Positions 9,566-17,821 of a stretch of 64,000 bases of DNA are shown here, in pieces (within the stretch, counting starts at the first letter, position 1; every line of letters starts with the position of its first letter). The translations under genes were made by a program, and so were the position numbers. Under the pieces are notes generated by a model that saw only the letters and a list, made by a program, of their open reading frames with translations, had not been told where the DNA came from and searched no databases. Source of the DNA: a plasmid. The stretch lies in sequence record CP071152.1; one strand, 5' to 3'.

Positions 9566-10567
9566 GTGACAAAATCTATAGCCGCGATGCAGCCGGGTTT
9601 TTTGGATCAGCAATTGCGCACCAACATGAATGTGGAGTCCAAAAAACCAGAAAGGTGCTTGGTAGAATGCGGACGAAAATTCTCAAAGGTTTGGAATAGT
9701 ATCGAGCAAGTACGTGCCAGACGCGGTATATCTTTACCAATGTGGCCGGATTGGTGTTTTTTTCCGATGTCAGGTTGGGCCACTTTGACGCATGAACTCT
9801 TGTCATCTGAGGCTGGCGGCAAGCTTACCTTTAGCGATGCAAAAGTGCTTGCTGTTCAAGGCGGAGCAATGGGCACTTGGCGCTACAGTCAGGGTATTTA
9901 TCGCTTCGATGAATCTGTGTATAGCAGTCTGGTAAGTTCGGCACTGCAAGGTGATATTCCCTCTGAAGTGCTAACGCGGCTTCCAGAATGGGCGGTATAT
10001 ATCGAAACACCAAATTTATTACAAGGGAGGTGCGATGGATTCTGGGCGTTACTGGACTGGGGGACAGATGGTATTTCGGATAAGTTAATTATAGTTCTTA
10101 ACCTACGTGGCAATCTTGTGTCGATGCTGCTGTCCCTTGGGGGTGGGTCTATTCAGGAATCACTTGAGCGAACTTTCAAGGAATGTGGTCACGTTGACAG
10201 CGAGGAAGCTGTTGTACAAGCCAAATTTGGCGCACTAATCGCAGCACCTTGCATTTCTCTGCTGCTCTACCTCTGTCAGTCTGAGCCGGAGATTGAGGAT
10301 GAACGTGTCCCAGGTAGTTTTCCCTCAAGGGCAGCACCTCGAAAGGTTAAAGGGGGGATGCGATTATTCCCCGCCGACCGAGTACGCACATGGGTCGTCG
10401 GCAAAGAGACCGGGGAAAAGATCCGTCAAGCGTGGCAAGGTGGGGAAGGTGGCAAGGTCACACCTCACCTGCGAAGGGCCCATTGGCACGGCTTCTGGAA
10501 GGGGCCTCTCAATGGCGAGCGTACATTTAGCTACAAATGGCTGCCACCTATCCCTGTGGGTGGATAA
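9566..10567 (+). CDS. Hypothetical 333-aa protein (no recognisable domain)
   Basis: An ORF preceded by GATCGAGGAAAAGAGTGAC. The start is GTG at 9566 or ATG at 9587. Confidence 0.45.
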   Translation: MTKSIAAMQPGFLDQQLRTNMNVESKKPERCLVECGRKFSKVWNSIEQVRARRGISLPMWPDWCFFPMSGWATLTHELLSSEAGGKLTFSDAKVLAVQGGAMGTWRYSQGIYRFDESVYSSLVSSALQGDIPSEVLTRLPEWAVYIETPNLLQGRCDGFWALLDWGTDGISDKLIIVLNLRGNLVSMLLSLGGGSIQESLERTFKECGHVDSEEAVVQAKFGALIAAPCISLLLYLCQSEPEIEDERVPGSFPSRAAPRKVKGGMRLFPADRVRTWVVGKETGEKIRQAWQGGEGGKVTPHLRRAHWHGFWKGPLNGERTFSYKWLPPIPVGG

Positions 10568-10676
10568 GACAGGGCTTCGACTAGGAACGGAGTTTTGGCC
10601 TTGCTGTCGTGAATGCCAGAGCGCCATTGAAGATTTAGAGTGCCTTGATGGCGCATAAGTTAAGGGAAAAACGACG

Positions 10677-11228
10677 ATGACTCCACAACAACAAGCCAGC
10701 GCATGGCTTCTCAATTGCGCGATTTTGGATACGGAAACTACTGGGCTATATGACGACGCCGAGATCGTCGAGATCAGCATCATCGACGAAAATGGTGGTG
10801 TCCTGCTGGATACCCTCGTCAAGCCCCTCAAGCCGATTCCGGCAGAGGCAACCGCCATCCACGGCATCACCAATGAAATGGTGGCCACGGCCCCGACATG
10901 GGCCGCCATCCATGAGCAGGTGGCCAAGATTGTCGCCAGCAAACCGCTGGTGATTTATAACGCCGATTACGATCTGCGTTTGATGGCTCAAACCGCCGTG
11001 CAATACGGGCTCACTCCGATAGGGACAGAGGCAGGCTGCGCCATGCTGACCTATGCCGAGCACTATGACGAATGGAACGAGTACAAAGGTACGTACCGCT
11101 GGCAGAAGCTGACCAACGCCGCTGCCCAGCAAGGAGTGGTTATCGACGGCAAGGCGCACCGCGCCCTTGCTGATGTGAAGATGACGCTCGGGGTGATCAA
11201 AGCTATGGCTGGACTTAGTTCTAACTGA
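10677..11228 (+). CDS. DEDDh-family 3'-5' exonuclease (DnaQ/epsilon-like)
   Basis: Exo I 'ILDTETTGL', Exo II 'LVIYNADYDLRLM' and Exo III 'KAHRALADV' motifs are all present. Preceded by AAGGGAAAAACGACGATG. Confidence 0.8.
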   Translation: MTPQQQASAWLLNCAILDTETTGLYDDAEIVEISIIDENGGVLLDTLVKPLKPIPAEATAIHGITNEMVATAPTWAAIHEQVAKIVASKPLVIYNADYDLRLMAQTAVQYGLTPIGTEAGCAMLTYAEHYDEWNEYKGTYRWQKLTNAAAQQGVVIDGKAHRALADVKMTLGVIKAMAGLSSN

Positions 11229-11241
11229 TCGAGGAAAAATA

Positions 11242-11604
11242 ATGCTCACTAAAAACGATATATTCCCAATGTTCGTAAATGTAAGTCTCATCATCGGAGG
11301 CGTGGTTTTGATTTGTCTGGCTGGAACGGATGAATCACTGACACAGCATGTTCAAGCATCTGTGACCTGGACAACCTCGATTTGCACCTTCATAGTCAAC
11401 TCGATCATTGCGCTCGCTACATTCAACGCATCACTGAAACTTTGGAACGGTAGCCGATACCTATGTGTAGGCGTTATTGCGTTAGGGATTGGTTTATTAA
11501 CCGCAACCCAAGTCTTCCTTTTGCCTTTTTTGGAGCAAACTTTTGGAGCCACTGGGGATTATTTTGTCGAGTATGTGAAGCTCATTTCCAATCCAGCCAA
11601 TTGA
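11242..11604 (+). CDS. Small integral membrane protein
   Basis: 120 aa with three or four hydrophobic segments. Preceded by GATCGAGGAAAAATAATG. Confidence 0.5.
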   Translation: MLTKNDIFPMFVNVSLIIGGVVLICLAGTDESLTQHVQASVTWTTSICTFIVNSIIALATFNASLKLWNGSRYLCVGVIALGIGLLTATQVFLLPFLEQTFGATGDYFVEYVKLISNPAN

Positions 11605-11812
11605 GAGTCTGAGCGACATTTTTGTAGATCTCGTAAGTGTATAATTAGGGAAGGTGCGAATAAGTCATATGGCACGAGAGCATTTACTGGTAACCCATTG
11701 ATATTAAATGACTAAAATTTTCATTTTTTGTTCTTGGGATACTTGTTCGCACTGTCCCTATCAGTTGTGGGCTGGTGGGTGAGCCACCAGTGATGGTCTG
11801 CTACATGGTTGT

Positions 11813-12068
11813 CCACCCGCTACATTGGCGAGCCGTATCGACAAGATCTTTGGCGAAGGTGTGTTCATGCTGGCGCATTCGTGCTTGGGTCAGCATATCG
11901 AGGACGTAGGTGAAGTTGGTCTCTGACAATTGCACCTCGCTGTCGACTCGGACCATTATGCGAGATGCACTCCCGTCCTAGCAGCTGATCGCTTTCCAAG
12001 ATCCCGTCTTGATCCGTCATGAAGAGCCGCTTTGAACTCTGGATCGAGAAATACTGCTTCATCATCTG
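11813..12068 (-). pseudogene. Degraded ORF broken over three frames
   Basis: The minus-strand translation gives 'MADDEAVFLDPEFKAALHDGSR', then 'DQDGILESDQLLGRECISH', then 'IMVRVDSEVQLSETNFTYVLDMLTQARM' in successive frames. Confidence 0.3.
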
Positions 12069-12158
12069 CCATCACCTCACCCGTTACCTGGAGACCCAAT
12101 CATATCTGGATGCGCAGCGCGATACAGAGTGATCGCGCTGCTACCAGGTACCTTTTCC

Positions 12159-13217
12159 TCACAGGAACAGCTTGAGGTTATCGTCTAGCTCAACCCCAAG
12201 CTGGGTTGCCAGCATGGCGGCGGTGAGGGCCACCGCGTCCCCACTTTTAGTGATCTTGCTCAACGTAATGCACCGCCCATCCCACAAACCACTGGCCCGG
12301 GCCGTCAGCCCCTCGCGTTCCAAGCTGACAAGGTCGTGCAGCTGGGCGGGGTTGCGCAGCAGGGGGAAGACCCGACAGATGGCGAGAAAGCCGACGTTGT
12401 GGGGCAGTATCGACAACTGGCGCAGCATGGGCAGCCCGCCTGCCTCTTTGCTGAGCTCACGATAGACCTGCCAGAGTTCCCGTGTGTAGGGTGCCCATTT
12501 GTCCCAGCTCGATTCGAGCCGGTCCAGAGACAGGCTGGCCAGCTGTTTCAGGCTGACGCCCAGCAGGCCCGCCATCGCTTCCTTAAAAATTCCGGGGGTC
12601 ACCAGCTTGTCCGAAGTCTTGGAGACCGTTGCCTTCTCGCTCTCCATCACCTCAGCCGGGCAATTCATGGTGATGAAACCGCCGAGTGGGTTGGAGTGGT
12701 CGTAGATGGCGTTCAAGGACGGAGAGACCTTTGCCGCCGTGCCGTTTATGGAGGCAAACAACTGCTGCTTGTGGATCAGCTCCTCGGTACCCACAACATG
12801 TAGTGGTATGGTCTCATTCCATTCGGGATCCTGTTCGGCTCGCAGAATGCAGCTCTTGACGCGCTTTTGACCATCTACGAGGTAGATGTCGGTCAACTCC
12901 ACCTCCACCAGGTTTGGCACCCCGGCCACCGGCGTTTCACTGATCACCTTGGCCGTCGCGATAGGTGAGCCGAAGGCTCGCACGGAGCGGTCCAGGTAGC
13001 CGTTGATCCTGCGAACGTGACCCATATCAATGACCCGTTGCGCCCGCAACATGGGGTCGTTGGCATCGAGCGCGTCAGCGAAATAGGCCGAGAACATCGC
13101 ACCCAACCGCTGAGTCGGGATTGAACCGGTGTAGGTCTCAAACTGGCCGAAGGTTCCCTTAAAGGCAAAGATGCGTTGGGTCATGTGATGTCTCGTCGTG
13201 TGGTTTGATAAATACAC
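12159..13217 (-). CDS. DGQHR-domain (DndB-like) protein
   Basis: N-terminal 'FKGTFGQFETYTGSIP' and 'YLVDGQKRVKS' (DGQ-K/H-R) match the architecture of the DGQHR domain found in DndB/DpdB. The start could instead be the internal ATG at 13184. Confidence 0.6.
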   Translation of the reverse strand: MYLSNHTTRHHMTQRIFAFKGTFGQFETYTGSIPTQRLGAMFSAYFADALDANDPMLRAQRVIDMGHVRRINGYLDRSVRAFGSPIATAKVISETPVAGVPNLVEVELTDIYLVDGQKRVKSCILRAEQDPEWNETIPLHVVGTEELIHKQQLFASINGTAAKVSPSLNAIYDHSNPLGGFITMNCPAEVMESEKATVSKTSDKLVTPGIFKEAMAGLLGVSLKQLASLSLDRLESSWDKWAPYTRELWQVYRELSKEAGGLPMLRQLSILPHNVGFLAICRVFPLLRNPAQLHDLVSLEREGLTARASGLWDGRCITLSKITKSGDAVALTAAMLATQLGVELDDNLKLFL

Positions 13218-13276
13218 TGGACTATTCCAAACGGATAGTCAATAATGATTTACGAAATCACGATGAGGAGCTGGTA

Positions 13277-13510
13277 ATGAGCGAGTCACTGGATGTTGTC
13301 GGGCTGGAGTGCGAAGAGGCAATGTTCTACATCAAGGATGTGTTGCGCAAAGGCCACGGCCTGCCCCTGGCAGTGCGCTCAGCCAGCGCCCCGTTTCACC
13401 AACTGCTGAGTCTGTGGGCAAGCTCGACAGACCATCTGCTACACCCTGCGATCAAGCCGGTGCAGGGGGAGGTCTGGGAATTGACGGTCAGTAAGGTGAT
13501 GCCATGTTGA
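13277..13510 (+). CDS. Small hypothetical protein overlapping the start of the PP-loop gene
   Basis: AGGAG lies 6 nt before the ATG at 13277. The ORF ends at 13510, overlapping the 13504 start. The longer 13205 ORF start is less likely. Confidence 0.35.
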   Translation: MSESLDVVGLECEEAMFYIKDVLRKGHGLPLAVRSASAPFHQLLSLWASSTDHLLHPAIKPVQGEVWELTVSKVMPC

Positions 13511-14622
13511 GCCATGTGGTGGGGTTGGCCGAGGTGGAAGCCTCCCTGCTCGGCGGCGAGCTGGCGGTGGCCAACATCGACCCGCGTCGAGAAGCCATTT
13601 TCGCTGCGGCCCGCGAACTGTACGAGAGCCTGATCGAAGGGCGCATCTTGCCGCTCATTCAGGCCCACAAAATACGCCTCGCCTGCTCGATGGGGAAGGA
13701 TTCATTGACTCTTTTGAATCTGTATGTAGAGGCTCACCGCCGCGCCAAGGAGCGGGACATTCCCGTTGCCGGGCCCCTTATTGTGACTCATGCGGACACA
13801 AAAATTGAGAGTCCAGTGATGAGCATGTTTGCAAAGCGGCAGCTGCGCCTGCTGGCGGCGTATCTGGATCAGCATGGGATTGCCCATCGGATCCTGACCG
13901 CAGAGCCGCAGCCTCGTTACTCATGGCCGGTACTCTACGTCGGTGGACTCAAGTTGATGACGGTCGGGGCGAGTGTCACCAGTGATTGCACGGTCGAGTT
14001 GAAGATTAACCCACTGCGAGCGTTGGAGCGCAAGTTGGAGAGGGAGTTCCCCGGGCTGGTGCTGGCCACCGGGGTGAGGCTGGACGAGAGTATCGCGCGT
14101 TCGCAGTCCATCAAGGAGATCGGGCTAGAGAGAGGCGAAGTGGTCGTTGGCGCGGATGGTTCCCGCAATGTGGCCCCTATCGTCGACTTGTCGACCCCTG
14201 AGGTGTGGCTCCTGTTGCGCTGTATGGGTGTAGGAGCGAAGCGCGAGTACGGCGATCACCTGCCGCACTGGGATTCATCTACAGCCTATCTCCGCCGCCT
14301 CTATAGCGACCAGGATGAGAGCAACTGTCCTATCTCTGGGTCGTCGGTGCTCCCCACGCGGGGTGGCTGTGGTGGGAGCAGCCTTCGCTCAGGCTGTGCG
14401 CTCTGCACAGTCGTCAACTCCGATAAACAGGCCGAGTCGTTGACCGACTTGCCCCAGTATCCCCAGCTGCGCAATCTGTTGGCCGTGAGGAACTGGTTAT
14501 CGAACAACTTCGCCAACATGCAGTACCGGCGCTTTCTGGCCCGCAAACCCTCCGCCGATGGGTACCTCAAACTCCAAGGTGACTGCTCCCCGCCGCAAGC
14601 GGCGAGGCTTCCCACTTCTTAG
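13504..14622 (+). CDS. PP-loop ATP pyrophosphatase of the PAPS-reductase/DndC-like family with a C-terminal Cys cluster
   Basis: The P-loop 'ACSMGKDSLTLL' is an SGGxDS variant. The C-terminal 'GGCGGSSLRSGCALC' is a Cys cluster. AAGGTGA lies 6 nt upstream of the ATG. The gene is divergent from the DGQHR gene. Confidence 0.65.
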   Translation: MLSHVVGLAEVEASLLGGELAVANIDPRREAIFAAARELYESLIEGRILPLIQAHKIRLACSMGKDSLTLLNLYVEAHRRAKERDIPVAGPLIVTHADTKIESPVMSMFAKRQLRLLAAYLDQHGIAHRILTAEPQPRYSWPVLYVGGLKLMTVGASVTSDCTVELKINPLRALERKLEREFPGLVLATGVRLDESIARSQSIKEIGLERGEVVVGADGSRNVAPIVDLSTPEVWLLLRCMGVGAKREYGDHLPHWDSSTAYLRRLYSDQDESNCPISGSSVLPTRGGCGGSSLRSGCALCTVVNSDKQAESLTDLPQYPQLRNLLAVRNWLSNNFANMQYRRFLARKPSADGYLKLQGDCSPPQAARLPTS

Positions 14623-14645
14623 GCCGCTACTGCCGAATTGGCAGA

Positions 14646-15810
14646 TTAACGCTGGCCTCCATGGGTAGAAACGACGTGTCCCGCCGCCTTTAATTCCAAT
14701 ATGCCTTGTTGCTGGATATTCATGGCCGCGTTAATGTCGCGGTCATGCCCTGCCCCACGCTGGACATACCCACTGCCGCTGATGCAACGGCATGTCCGGC
14801 ATCTTGTGGCCGCAATCGCTACACAGTTTCGAGCTGGCAAACCACTGATCAAGTTTGATTAGGTGGCGACCCGCCGCTTGTGCCTTGTACTCCAGCTTCA
14901 TGATGAAACCATGCCAACCAGCATCGCCAATGGCGCGGGCCAGTTTGTGATTTTTCATCATGTTCGCTGATTTCAATGTCTCCACGATGACCGCTTGGTT
15001 TTCGTCAACCATCGTGTGAGAGAGTTTGTGCTGAAAATCGGCGCGGGCATTGGCTACCCGTTCGTGCAGGGCGGCCAGTTGCCGTCTTGCCTTGCCACGG
15101 TTGGCGCTGCCCTTTTTCTTGCGAGACAGTGCCTTTTGCTTGCGTCGTAGATTGCGACTGGCGTTGATAAGGTGGCGTGGATTGGCAATCTTTTTGCCGC
15201 TCGACTCAATGAGGTAGTGGGACAGCCCCATATCACAGCCAGTCACGTCCGTGATGAAGGTGGGCTTGGCGGGAGCCTCGCAGCCATCCTCGCAAAGGAT
15301 GGAAGCATAGTATTTCCCTGTCGGGCCACGGCTGACTGTGATGCTGGATACCACGCCGATAATATCTCGATGAATGACCGCCCTGATGGGCGTCATCTTC
15401 GGCAACTGGATAGCCGCTGTGAGCACCTTTCCGTTGGGGTGATAGCTGGATTGCCTGCCCCGTTTGCTCTTGAAGGTAGGCATTCGTGCCTTGAGCTTGG
15501 GATTGAAGAAGTTGGCGAATGCCTTGTCGAGATTAATCACCGCTTGCTGCAAGGCGAGTGAATCGTACTCCTTTAGCCAGCCGTATTTGCGCGATTTTTC
15601 GCCACTGCGAGCATGGGTTTCAGGTCGCGTTTCGGTTTCAGTGAAATCCCGTGACGCTTGAACATGTGTCGTTGAATATGAAGGGCCTTGTTGTACGCGA
15701 ACCGCACCGCGCCGAACTGGGCATTCAAGAATGCCGCTTGTTCGTCGGTCGGATAAATGCGTACTTTCGTTGCTCTTCTCAAAGTCACCGCTCGCTGCTA
15801 GGATACCCAT
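14646..15810 (-). pseudogene. tnpB: IS200/IS605-family tnpB (OrfB, RuvC-like / zinc finger) with at least two frameshifts
   Basis: About 85% identical at protein level to the intact copy at 17931..19103. It is split over ORFs 15573..15788, 14743..15810 and 14646..14852. The C-terminus carries 'CSDCGH...DRDINAAMNI'. Confidence 0.85.
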
Positions 15811-15815
15811 ACAGT

Positions 15816-16265
15816 ATGACTTTTAACGGAGTATTGCAAGTGAGTGTGCATCATGATGATTTGACTAGGTATCTGCGGAGGCGTCACTCCGTCAGCAAGC
15901 TAGTTGTGCATTTAATCTTCACCACGAAGTACCGCCGCAAACTGCTTGATGGCACCATGATCGAGCAGATGCGCGGCGCATTTTTATCTGCGGCAGAGAA
16001 GTTGGAGATCGACATTCTGGAGATGGATGGCGAAGCCGATCACGTTCATCTGCTCGTAGCCTATCCACCGAAGTTGGCCGTCAGTGTGTTGGTCAATAAT
16101 TTGAAGTCGATCAGTAGCCGCCAGATCCGCATATTGAATACGCACCTACGAAAGCAAAGTAATAGCGGGCTCCTGTGGTCGCGCTCTTACTTTGCTTGCA
16201 GTGCTGGCGGGGCCACTATCGAAACGCTCAAGGCGTATGTGGCCTCGCAGAACACACCAGATTAG
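15816..16265 (+). CDS. tnpA: IS200-family HUH (Y1) transposase TnpA
   Basis: The sequence 'VVHLIFTTKYRRKLL...GEADHVHLLVAYPPK...RSYFACSAGGATIETLKAYV' matches the IS200 TnpA fold. It is divergent from tnpB. Confidence 0.85.
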   Translation: MTFNGVLQVSVHHDDLTRYLRRRHSVSKLVVHLIFTTKYRRKLLDGTMIEQMRGAFLSAAEKLEIDILEMDGEADHVHLLVAYPPKLAVSVLVNNLKSISSRQIRILNTHLRKQSNSGLLWSRSYFACSAGGATIETLKAYVASQNTPD

Positions 16266-16307
16266 CTCCCCTTATATCCCCGCCCTAACGGCGAGGGTTT
16301 ACGGGGC
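16266..16307. mobile_element. IS200/IS605 left-end (LE) with subterminal hairpin CGCC-CTAA-GGCG
   Basis: GCTCCCCTTATATCCCCGCCCTAACGGCGAGGGTTTACGGGG. Its reverse complement recurs at 17822 with a 4-nt loop difference. Confidence 0.7.
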
Positions 16308-16320
16308 AGTTGCTAACACA

Positions 16321-17817
16321 ATGAATGAGGTCTGGATGGTGAAGGTGCTCCGATGGCTGTTGCAATGCGACCGTGACGAGCAGCTGCGGGCCGAACAGTT
16401 CCATCAAGACCTGCTTACCGGGGAGTGGAGGGTTCACCCTGGGGTGCAAGCCATCATCCAGGATCACAAGCTGACGCCCGCACAGCGCATCGAGTGGCTG
16501 CACAGCTATCTCGAAGACATGGCGATCCCGACGTTCGAGCTAGTCACGCCTACCCAACTGTTGCTGATCGACGCCTTCTGGTCCAGAGACGGTTATAGGT
16601 TGGCCGCCTTCCAAGCATTATCCATCTGGCGTGAGGTTCATCACCTGGGCATCACCGTGCCCTACCCCGAGCTGGTGGGCGAGCGGGTGAAAGAGGAGAT
16701 CCCCGCACCGGTCTACTACCCGATCGGCAATGACCCGGCGCTGTTGTCCCTTGGAGACATCGAGCAGAGCGCGGTATTTGACCGCTACCTGGCCGATTTA
16801 GCGTCGTTGAGCTTCGGCAGCTGCGGTGGCGCGACCAAAATTGTGCGCAAGCAGGTGAGCAGCGAGCCGGTTCGCTACGGCGAGGTGGCCGGTGCCACAC
16901 TGTCCGGCTGGTTTGGCGACACGGAATCGGTCCCCCTCGTGGTCGAGGCCGAAGAAGGGGAGTGCGGCTACACGGTGGACGCGGAGGCCGCCGAGTGGAT
17001 ATGCGGCCCGATGATCTCGGACTATTTGGGGCAGATTGGCGAGCTGGACAAGCGGAGCAATGTGGCACTGCGCCGGTTGATCAGCGAAGGGGTGCTGCGG
17101 TTGTCGGTGCAGGCCCAGCGCAACACGGCAAGGTTGATGGCTCGTGCAGACATGTATGAGTCTGCCGGTATGAGCAGGCTCGAAGATGGGGATCCCGTGT
17201 TCTTGGCTGACTGCATCAGTCAGGCCGAATACGAGCGCCAGGTGGCCAGTTCCACGAACTCCACGAAGGACAACGAGCCGGCACCGGGCACCGAGGTCAT
17301 GGTCAGTGTCGAGCAGCAGTGGGCCGATCTGAACCGGGCTGTCGATTCGGTGCTGGCCTTGCACGCTCGCCTCGAACAGAAGCGGTTCGCGGTCACCCTG
17401 ACGCTGAATCAAATGGGCCAGAGCTTCCGCTTTGATGGGGTCAGGTACCAGGAGCTTCAACGGGTCATCAGCAACCAGCTCCAGGCCATCCAACTCCTCT
17501 TCGCCAAGCCCGAGTCCACCCTTGCCCTGTTGCCCTCTACGGCGAGCCTGTGTCGTGCCTTTGGCCGGGAGCGCACCCAACGCCTGCGGTTGCTCCAGCA
17601 ACGCGCCGGTGCTGCGATGCAGGGCCATCGTGAAGCAGCTCTTCGGGCGCTGGATGAGGCAGTCTGTCTCGCGCAGTCTGAAATGGGTCAGGGACCGACA
17701 CCATTCTTCATGGTGGGGGGTGGGATGGGCTTTATCGTGGAGGGGGCCAAGGCACGAGATTATCTGGATCTGATGCACCGCCTGCACAGCTTCAAGCGGC
17801 TGGCGAGAGCCAGTTGA
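16321..17817 (+). CDS. Hypothetical 499-aa protein packed between two inverted IS605-family left ends (cargo/passenger)
   Basis: The ATG at 16321 lies 14 bp after the copy-A LE. The stop at 17817 lies 4 bp before the copy-B LE. No recognisable motif. Confidence 0.55.
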   Translation: MNEVWMVKVLRWLLQCDRDEQLRAEQFHQDLLTGEWRVHPGVQAIIQDHKLTPAQRIEWLHSYLEDMAIPTFELVTPTQLLLIDAFWSRDGYRLAAFQALSIWREVHHLGITVPYPELVGERVKEEIPAPVYYPIGNDPALLSLGDIEQSAVFDRYLADLASLSFGSCGGATKIVRKQVSSEPVRYGEVAGATLSGWFGDTESVPLVVEAEEGECGYTVDAEAAEWICGPMISDYLGQIGELDKRSNVALRRLISEGVLRLSVQAQRNTARLMARADMYESAGMSRLEDGDPVFLADCISQAEYERQVASSTNSTKDNEPAPGTEVMVSVEQQWADLNRAVDSVLALHARLEQKRFAVTLTLNQMGQSFRFDGVRYQELQRVISNQLQAIQLLFAKPESTLALLPSTASLCRAFGRERTQRLRLLQQRAGAAMQGHREAALRALDEAVCLAQSEMGQGPTPFFMVGGGMGFIVEGAKARDYLDLMHRLHSFKRLARAS

Positions 17818-17821
17818 GTTA

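Noticed and set aside
15172-15561. ORFs 15172..15561 (plus strand) and 17910..18269 (minus strand) sharing '...LELGIEEVGECL(I/V)(Q/E)I(D/N)HRLLQG'
   Set aside because: They are antisense reading frames of the two tnpB copies. The similarity simply mirrors the tnpB repeat.
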